Shown: in pieces, positions 15,545 through 21,639 of the stretch
Layout: the number at the start of each line of letters is the position of its first letter
Position numbering within the stretch: the stretch's first letter is position 1
From: Bdellovibrionales bacterium
GTDB taxonomy: Bacteria; Bdellovibrionota; Bdellovibrionia; Bdellovibrionales; UBA1609
Direction: 5' to 3'
Assembly (NCBI GenBank): GCA_050246815.1
Contig: JBFWVI010000030.1
Coordinates: 1 to 21,639 of the forward strand
DNA: 21,639 nt
The notes under the pieces: model-generated
The model's database searches: none
Told to the model about the DNA's origin: nothing
The model's input: the letters and a program-made list of their open reading frames with translations, nothing else
Program-made: the position numbers and the translations under genes

Positions 15545-16541
15545 AGAACTGTTCGTCAAAAGTGACGTCGCCGGTGACTCCGATTTGGTAGGCAGAAACG
15601 CGGCGTTCAAAGAAGTTGGCAAGCTCTTGCGTGTCCTGCAAAGCCATGAAGTCGAAAGGGTTTTTTGCTCCAAATTCATGGGGCATGCCTAGGCGCTCCA
15701 GGCGTTGATCTGTGATAAACTCTAAATAAGTGCGCATGTCGCGTGCACTTAAGCCGGCTACACCGTTGTCTAAAATATCGTTAGCAAAAGTCATCTCGCA
15801 ATCGATGGCTTCTTTGAACATGGCCACAACCATGTCTTTCATGCGGTCATCGAAGAGCTCGGGCTGTTCGGCCATTGCAGTATCAATGACCTTGTAGGCA
15901 AAATCGATATGAGCGCTTTCGTCACGAAACACCCAGTTGGTGCCGGTAGCCAAACCGTTCAAGAGACCCTTTGAACGCAAAAAATAAACGTAGGCAAAAG
16001 CGGCGAAAAAGAACAGACCTTCAACAGTGCCGGCGAAGCAAATCAGGTTCATTAAAAAGCGTCGGCGGTCTTCAATGGTGTCCAGGCTGTTCAACTGGTT
16101 GATGGAATCCATCCACTTAAAGGCAAACTGCCCCTTCTTTTGAATGGAAGGGATATTGTGAATCGCGCTGAAGGCCTTTTCGCGCTCTTTGAGGTCTGGA
16201 ATATAAGTGTCCAGAAGGGTTAGATAAAATTGCACATGCAGGGCTTCTTCGTACAACTGGCGAGACAGATAAAGTCGGGCTTCAGGTGAGTTGACGTGCT
16301 TATAAAGATTCAGCACCAAATTGTTGCCCACGATCGAGTCACCGGTTGCAAAAAAAGCAACTAAGCGGCTGATCAAGAAACGCTCGTTTGAAGACATCTT
16401 GCTGTTCAGGTCGACGATGTCAGAACTGAAATCCACTTCTTCCACAGTCCAGGTGTTTTTGATGGCGTTTTTGTACATTTCATAAAAGATAGGATATTTC
16501 ATCGGGCGCAAAGTCAGATTGAAGCCAGGATCCAAGATCAT
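15543..16541 (-). CDS. nrdB: Ribonucleotide reductase class Ia beta subunit
   Basis: Metal ligands in FFATGD, EEALH, VEGLFF and RDESAH. Radical Tyr present at H+4 (EALHVQFY). C-terminal NFFERRVSAYQ. Confidence 0.96.
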   Translation of the reverse strand: MILDPGFNLTLRPMKYPIFYEMYKNAIKNTWTVEEVDFSSDIVDLNSKMSSNERFLISRLVAFFATGDSIVGNNLVLNLYKHVNSPEARLYLSRQLYEEALHVQFYLTLLDTYIPDLKEREKAFSAIHNIPSIQKKGQFAFKWMDSINQLNSLDTIEDRRRFLMNLICFAGTVEGLFFFAAFAYVYFLRSKGLLNGLATGTNWVFRDESAHIDFAYKVIDTAMAEQPELFDDRMKDMVVAMFKEAIDCEMTFANDILDNGVAGLSARDMRTYLEFITDQRLERLGMPHEFGAKNPFDFMALQDTQELANFFERRVSAYQIGVTGDVTFDEQF

Positions 16542-16591
16542 TTTTTAATTCCCCCCATAAAGTCGCAAATTCAATAAGATCACGGTTCAAG

Positions 16592-16613
16592 CGGGCCGTC
16601 CATCGACGGCCCG
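16592..16613. other. Perfect GC-rich hairpin in the nrdA-nrdB spacer
   Basis: CGGGCCGTC-CATC-GACGGCCCG: 9-bp stem with a 4-nt loop and no long U-tract. Confidence 0.6.
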
Positions 16614-16627
16614 GTGCATGGATATTT

Positions 16628-19078
16628 TTATTGGCACGCTTCGCAGAGCTCTGGGTTCTCTAAGGAGCAGGCTAAGGCCTCCGAATCGGTGTAAGTTTTC
16701 TTTGGAGTCGCCGCTTCGCTCTTGGCGGTCACCTTGGCGATCTTTGTCGCTGGACGTGAACGCAAATAGTAAGTGGTTTTGATTCCTTGTTTCCACGCGT
16801 ACATGTACATGCTGGAAAGCTTGCCGATGGTCGGACTTTCGATAAATAGGTTTAAGCTCTGGCTTTGGTCAATAAAGGCGCCGCGACCGGCGGCCAGATC
16901 GATCAAAGACTTCTGCGGCACTTCCCAAACTGTGCGGAAAATGTGGCGAACTTCCGCTGGAATAGCTTCGATATTTTGAATCGAACCTTCTTGGGTTTTG
17001 ATTTGGTTGCGCACTTCCTCATTCCACAAGCCCGTTCGTTTCAGTTCGTCCACCAGGTAGCGGTTGATCTGAATGAACTCACCGCTTAAAGTTTCGCGTT
17101 TAAACAAATTGGAAACCTGGGGCTCGGTGGCCTCATAAGCTCCAACAATCGAAGCGATGGTGGCTGTGGGCGCAATTGCGATCATCAAGGAGTTGCGAAG
17201 ACCAATCTTTTTGATTTTGCGGCGTAGATTTTCCCAGCGCTCCATGTCTTCGGGCACGACGCCCCAGTGGTCGAACTGCAACTCGCCTTGGGCGGCGCGG
17301 GTTTCATTAAAGGACGGGTGAGGTCCCATACGTTCCGCCATTTGGCACGAAGTCAAAAGGGCGTTGTAATAGATTTCTTCTTGGATTTTATTCGACAGTT
17401 TCAATGCCTCTTCAGAATCAAAGGCATAGCGTAGCTTAAAGAAAGCGTCTTGCAGGCCCATGACACCCAGGCCCACCGGGCGCCAGCGTGCATTTGAGGC
17501 GCCTGAGGTTGGAGTCGGGTAAAAGTTGATATCGATCACGCGATCCAAGTACTTCACCGCCACTTGCACGGTGTGGGCCAACTTTTCAAAATCAAAAGCG
17601 CCGTTGATCACATGGGCGCCCAAGTTGACCGAGCCCAGGTTGCACACGGCGGTTTCGCCGCTTGAGGTCACTTCCAAAATCTCGGTGCAAAGATTGGATA
17701 AATGAATCACGTTTTCAGGGCGGCCAGTCTGGTTGCTTTTTAAATTGCTAGCGTCTTTAAACGTCATCCAACCGTTGCCGGTTTCAGCCAGTGTTTTCAT
17801 CATGCGCGAATAAAGATCACGGGCTTTGACCTGGCGGGCGAAGAGCTTGTGTTCTTCGGCTTCGACGTAGGCTTTTTCAAATTCCGGGCCAAAGCTGTCG
17901 ACGAAGTGGGGCACGACTTTGGGGTCGAATAACGACCACATGGCATCGGCTTCAACCCGTTTCATAAACAAGTCTGGAACCCAGTTGGCCAAATTTAGGT
18001 TGAAGGCGCGTGAGGCTTCATCGCCAGTGTTTTCGCGCATATGCAAAAATTCTTCGATGTCGGCGTGCCAGGACTCAAGATAAACGCAGGCGGCACCTTT
18101 GCGGCGACCGCCTTGGTTCACGGCCGCAACCGAAGAATCTAGGGTTTTCAACCAAGGGATCAAGCCGTTCGAGTGGCCATTGGTGCCCTTGATCAGCGAG
18201 CCGCGGCTGCGCACGCGCGAAAATGAAACACCGATGCCTCCGGCGAATTTAGAAAGCAGTGCGATGTCTTTATATTTGTCATAGATCGAGGATAAGTCAT
18301 CCAGCGGTGAATCGAGCAAATAGCAGCTTGAGAGCTGCGAGCGCTCTGTGGCCGAGTTGAACAGGGTTGGTGAACTGGGCATATAATCCAAAGTCGAAAT
18401 CAACTCATAAAATTCTTTTGCCTCTTGAAAGGTTTTGGCTAGACCGCAGGCGACCCGCAAGAAGAAGTACTGTGGCGTTTCGATCACCAGACGCGACTGT
18501 GGGTCTTTTAAAAGGTAGCGATCATAGACTGTGCGCAGCCCAAAATACTCAAAGCGATGGGTGCGGGTGGAGTCGATGATGATATTTAAAGCTTCTTTAT
18601 GTTCTTTGACGAATTCATATTTTTCTTTGGAGATAAGTCCGGCTTGAAAGCCGCGTCCGACGGATTCATAGAAGTTACGGATATTTTGTTGGTGAACTTC
18701 TTCGTCAATATAACGAGCCAACAAACGTGATGCCAGTTTTGAATATTCGGGCTCTTCGCCAATTAAAAGCGCCGCTGTTTGAATGCACAACTGATCAAGT
18801 TCTTTGGTGGTGGCGCCGTCGTATAGTCCGCTGATGACCTTGGTGGCCACACGCATGGGGTCCACGCCTTTTAGGCCACTTGAGCAGGCTAGAGCAACAT
18901 TCACGATTTTATTGACGTTAACGGGCTCTTGCGAGCCATCGCGTTTTTTAACCCGCATAACGATGGGGCCGTCGGTTTCGCCCGCGTTGCGGGCGGCGGG
19001 TGTTTCTGTCATCGGTTCAGTTGTCGGCGTGACAGGTTGGCGAAGGAGTGGGTTGTTGAGTTCTTGTTGCGTATTCAT
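16628..19078 (-). CDS. nrdA: Ribonucleotide reductase class Ia alpha subunit with N-terminal ATP cone
   Basis: ATP cone (VKKRDG), SPTLFN, QLSSC, QGGRRKGA, SNLCTEI, CNLGS, APTATI, DQSQS, TTYYLR and C-terminal CEAC. SD GAGGAG at 19094-19089. Confidence 0.97.
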   Translation of the reverse strand: MNTQQELNNPLLRQPVTPTTEPMTETPAARNAGETDGPIVMRVKKRDGSQEPVNVNKIVNVALACSSGLKGVDPMRVATKVISGLYDGATTKELDQLCIQTAALLIGEEPEYSKLASRLLARYIDEEVHQQNIRNFYESVGRGFQAGLISKEKYEFVKEHKEALNIIIDSTRTHRFEYFGLRTVYDRYLLKDPQSRLVIETPQYFFLRVACGLAKTFQEAKEFYELISTLDYMPSSPTLFNSATERSQLSSCYLLDSPLDDLSSIYDKYKDIALLSKFAGGIGVSFSRVRSRGSLIKGTNGHSNGLIPWLKTLDSSVAAVNQGGRRKGAACVYLESWHADIEEFLHMRENTGDEASRAFNLNLANWVPDLFMKRVEADAMWSLFDPKVVPHFVDSFGPEFEKAYVEAEEHKLFARQVKARDLYSRMMKTLAETGNGWMTFKDASNLKSNQTGRPENVIHLSNLCTEILEVTSSGETAVCNLGSVNLGAHVINGAFDFEKLAHTVQVAVKYLDRVIDINFYPTPTSGASNARWRPVGLGVMGLQDAFFKLRYAFDSEEALKLSNKIQEEIYYNALLTSCQMAERMGPHPSFNETRAAQGELQFDHWGVVPEDMERWENLRRKIKKIGLRNSLMIAIAPTATIASIVGAYEATEPQVSNLFKRETLSGEFIQINRYLVDELKRTGLWNEEVRNQIKTQEGSIQNIEAIPAEVRHIFRTVWEVPQKSLIDLAAGRGAFIDQSQSLNLFIESPTIGKLSSMYMYAWKQGIKTTYYLRSRPATKIAKVTAKSEAATPKKTYTDSEALACSLENPELCEACQ

Positions 19079-19340
19079 ACTTTAAAGTCTCCTCTGTGGG
19101 GGTAGGGACACGTTTCGATCACACACCAATTCCGATTTTCAGCGTATAAGGTGCCATTAGACAGGTTTGTCTTGCGATCCGGTTCGACCAAATTCCCCTC
19201 CGTTTTCGGTCGACCTTTTTAATTTTTTCGGGCTCTCGCGGGAATCGTACCGGATCCCTGTACCCCGTCTCACGGCCTTCCTTAACCGCTGTTTCAGAGT
19301 TCGCGTCGTCTGTTTTTTCAGCCGACAGAATCTGAACTTA
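19079..19340 (-). ncRNA. Candidate structured cis-regulatory leader RNA of nrdAB
   Basis: 5' hairpin 19336-19293, then nested helices CAGCG/CGCUG, UAAGG/CCUUA, GCCGUGAGACGGG/CCUGUCUAAUGGC (12/13), GAUCCGGU/ACCGGAUC and UCGACCGAA/UUUGGUCGA. G-U pairs work only on the minus strand. Confidence 0.6.
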
Positions 19341-19346
19341 AATCTG

Positions 19347-19376
19347 ACGCTATCGCGCCTAAAAAACTTCCGTCAA
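19347..19376 (-). promoter_or_regulatory. Sigma70-type promoter for the nrdA leader
   Basis: TTGACG (19376-19371)-N18-TAGCGT (19352-19347). Predicted +1 near 19340, immediately before the 5' hairpin. Confidence 0.5.
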
Positions 19377-19449
19377 GAGTGAAGCCGCACATTACGCGGC
19401 CGATTACAGAAATCTTTTTCTCGTCTCAAGACAAAAAAATCATCGATGA

Positions 19450-19462
19450 AATCAATCACTTA
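19450..19462 (+). promoter_or_regulatory. IHF-consensus site
   Basis: AATCAATCACTTA is an exact match to WATCAANNNNTTR, preceded by an A-tract at about 19433-19439. Confidence 0.45.
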
Positions 19463-19680
19463 AACTTATCCCTTTCGAAGGGGTCCTAAATTCGCTGGCG
19501 TCATTTTTCGCACCATTGACCTATGGTATCTGCGCAGATTTCTTGACTCTTTCACCTGCCTAAAATTTGAGCACGAAATGTTTTGCTTTCGCAAGCAAGA
19601 AGGTGCGCATTGGGCGTCAAACGTTTGTTGAGCGTGAGCGCATCATGACGGAAGAATGACGGTTTGACATGGAACAGCTG

Positions 19681-21264
19681 TCAAAAGCCCCACTCCAGAT
19701 GTAGGTTTAAGTAATGACCATCCATTTTGACCGAACTTGTGCCGTCACCGGCTTTGAAGTCGATCTGATCATGGCGAAAGGCGTAGCCGATAAGCCCCGT
19801 GATATGATCACGAAGTTTATATGAACCCATGAATCCGAGTTGATAAGACAGCGCGGGTTGAAGACTGGCGCCGGCAGGCAGGTCAATGCCCGAGACATTA
19901 TAATAGGTTTGTTGGTTCAACTGCAGTCCAAGTCTTTTGCTGAGGGGCTGCCACAGTTGCACGCCCACGAAAATGTCGGCAGTGGCCAGATTGGTGACGA
20001 CCACGGAATCGCGGGTCAGGCCCTTGGCGAAGGGGCGCTCGCGATAGCCTAAACCCCCGTAAAGGCGCATTTGGGTGACCCCTTGAAAGTAGGTTCGCCA
20101 AATTCCCTGCAATTCGAAAGAAGAATAGGTGTAATTTTTGTTGTTGATGAGCACGCCGCTGAAGTCAGCGATCGCAACGCCACCCCACTGTGCGTGACGG
20201 GCAAAATGGCCGTAACCCAAGCGGCCGGTGCCGTTGATGGCGCCGAATTTCAAGCCCGCTCCACCCAGATCTCCAAATGTTGCTTGGTAATCCAGGCTGG
20301 TTAAAAGATAGCTCGCGATGAAATACTGATCGCGCGCCTGTTCTATGGCCTGACGGCGCTTGGCTTCAGCAATCGCTTTGGGGGTGCGCAAGCCGTCATA
20401 AACATTGAATTCAAGTTCGCGTGGCGATGAGTTTTCGTTCAAGGCCGCACTGGACTGAACTTCAATACGCCAAAGACCACCACTGAACCGTGGGTTCAGG
20501 CGGACTTCAGTTTTCTTCAGGTCTGTCCACTTTTGCAGATCTATCCATTTGCCATCTTTATCCTGACGACTCAATTTCACTTGATAAGAGGTGGCTCCCT
20601 GAGCGGCTTGCCATTTGATGCGTTCGACGAACTGGTCCTCTGGGCGCACGATTTCGGGTGGTTCCAAGGCACCTCCGCGCAAAGTGAACGGGCGAGGTGT
20701 TTTAGGCGATTCGCCCATTTCTTGCGCTTCGGGCATAATGCTGGTCACTTGCCAAGCATAAAGGCGAGCCACCGGCAACTGTAACTTGAGTGTCGTGTCC
20801 TTGGTGGTTTGAGAAGTGACGCTTTCACCTTGCTCATTCAAAATATCGACTTTGTACGCGGCGCTGCCAGGACGCGGACTCCAACTGAATTCAACTTCGG
20901 CTTTTTCAGTTTGGTCAGTCTTTAAGATTTCGTTTTCTGCGGGTTTCAGCAGATCGGGGGGCAGAATGCGCACCCAGTGATCAAAGGCTTCGCCCCATTC
21001 GCCCCACACTCTGCGGTCGTCTTGAGAGCGGATTCGAATCTGGTATTTACCGGGCTGGATGGAACCGCTCCATGCGGTGGTTTTGGTGCTGAAGATGTTG
21101 GGTTTTTTAAGTTTACCGCCTTTCAGATAGCGACGGAATTCCAGTTCATAACGGATACTGTCGGGAACAGCCTCCCACTCCATTTCCACTTTACGTGTGG
21201 GCACTTGCGCAAAAATGGGACCCGCCATCATGGTTAAAATCAAGGTGATCGCAAGTTGTCTCAC
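19681..21264 (-). CDS. Secreted outer-membrane protein: three fibronectin type III-like domains plus a C-terminal beta-barrel
   Basis: Signal peptide (...GPIFA). Three repeats with an FN3 pattern (MEWEAVPDSIRYELEF; FSWSPRPGSAAYKVDI; IKWQAAQGATSYQVKL). About 215 aa of alternating beta-strands ending in a BAM-type signal YLNLHLEWGF. GTG start with GGAG SD. Confidence 0.75.
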   Translation of the reverse strand: MRQLAITLILTMMAGPIFAQVPTRKVEMEWEAVPDSIRYELEFRRYLKGGKLKKPNIFSTKTTAWSGSIQPGKYQIRIRSQDDRRVWGEWGEAFDHWVRILPPDLLKPAENEILKTDQTEKAEVEFSWSPRPGSAAYKVDILNEQGESVTSQTTKDTTLKLQLPVARLYAWQVTSIMPEAQEMGESPKTPRPFTLRGGALEPPEIVRPEDQFVERIKWQAAQGATSYQVKLSRQDKDGKWIDLQKWTDLKKTEVRLNPRFSGGLWRIEVQSSAALNENSSPRELEFNVYDGLRTPKAIAEAKRRQAIEQARDQYFIASYLLTSLDYQATFGDLGGAGLKFGAINGTGRLGYGHFARHAQWGGVAIADFSGVLINNKNYTYSSFELQGIWRTYFQGVTQMRLYGGLGYRERPFAKGLTRDSVVVTNLATADIFVGVQLWQPLSKRLGLQLNQQTYYNVSGIDLPAGASLQPALSYQLGFMGSYKLRDHITGLIGYAFRHDQIDFKAGDGTSSVKMDGHYLNLHLEWGF

Positions 21265-21306
21265 AGTGGCTCCAGCTGACGTTCTAGGGGTTCACGGCGT
21301 GGTTCA

Positions 21307-21639
21307 CTAACGATTCAAACGATTGTTAATCAAATCTTGGACGACACCAGGGTCCGCCAAGGTTGAAATGTCGCCGAGTTCGCCGTAATTGTTCTCTGCA
21401 ATTTTTCGCAGAATTCGGCGCATTATTTTGCCGCTGCGGGTTTTGGGAAGGCCCGACGCAAACTGCAAAAGGTCAGGCTTGGCAAATGGGCCGATCTCTT
21501 TACGGACATGGTCGATTAGATCATGGCGTAGTTCATCGCTGGGGGCGACCCCGGACTTTAAAGTCACGTAGCAGTACAGGCCTTGTCCTTTTAAATCGTG
21601 TGGATAACCAACGGCAGCGGCCTCAGCTACTTTGGAGTG
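21307..21639 (-). CDS. acs: Acetyl-CoA synthetase, C-terminal part (runs off the window's right edge)
   Basis: The open frame extends to the window edge: [28 protein letters not shown]...IGPFAKPD...[16 protein letters not shown]...GDISTLADP, including the acetylation-site Lys motif. Confidence 0.95.
   Translation of the reverse strand, partial: HSKVAEAAAVGYPHDLKGQGLYCYVTLKSGVAPSDELRHDLIDHVRKEIGPFAKPDLLQFASGLPKTRSGKIMRRILRKIAENNYGELGDISTLADPGVVQDLINNRLNR

Noticed and set aside
15543..16541. Non-canonical (class Ib/Ic/Ie) RNR beta subunit
   Set aside because: All carboxylate/His ligands and the radical Tyr are present, NrdA has an ATP cone, and no nrdI/nrdH is adjacent.
19184..19262. Resemblance of the leader to the ykkC (guanidine/ppGpp/PRPP/ADP) motif: CAGGGAUCCG...CGAGAG...ACGGAGGG
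   Set aside because: The conserved 3' P3 element (AAAAGCCCGGGAG-like) is missing and the helices do not match that architecture. A cmscan would settle it.
19140..19291. 6S RNA or SRP RNA interpretation of the rod-like fold
   Set aside because: The internal bubble is small (7/10 nt), there are no 6S-type conserved segments or SRP GGAA-loop motif, and no terminator separates it from nrdA.
19167..19382. 71-aa plus-strand ORF in the nrdA upstream region
   Set aside because: TTG start without an SD and implausible composition. The region is better explained by minus-strand RNA structure.
19511..19528. Possible NrdR box
   Set aside because: CACCATTGACCTATGGTA does not fit the acaCwAtATaTwGtg consensus, and there is no tandem second box.
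21281..21307. Short direct repeat GGTTCAC x2 between acs and the OMP gene
   Set aside because: Only 7 bp in two copies, so expected by chance. No array or terminator structure.
1..21639. CRISPR arrays, IS/transposases, integrases, tRNA/rRNA, defence or toxin-antitoxin systems
   Set aside because: No regularly spaced repeats, terminal inverted repeats, cloverleafs or relevant protein motifs were seen.

Overview
A gene-dense bacterial chromosomal segment of roughly 50% GC. Bdellovibrionota affiliation is inferred from the gene mix, not proven. Gene order: 5' part of sucA (minus), AsmA-family protein and mscS, a convergent secreted alpha/beta-hydrolase, folE2, fur translationally coupled to uvrA, a stand-alone HD-GYP phosphodiesterase, a minus-strand maf(YceF-type)-hemB-esterase operon divergent from lgt, an unknown Cys-rich lipoprotein, class Ia nrdAB (minus), an FN3-repeat/beta-barrel outer-membrane protein, and the 3' end of acs. 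No mobile elements, CRISPR arrays, tRNAs or rRNAs are visible. The strongest unexplained signal is a ~260-nt, highly base-paired leader upstream of nrdA. It has strand-specific G-U pairs, a possible pseudoknot, an alternative pairing next to the RBS, and partial cobalamin-riboswitch-like landmarks, making it a candidate novel or variant cis-regulatory RNA. Other points: a Fur-box-controlled fur-uvrA operon, a UvrA with a replaced insertion domain, repeated leaderless-type promoters, zinc-independent FolE2 and HemB isoforms, and an Lgt with an enlarged head region.
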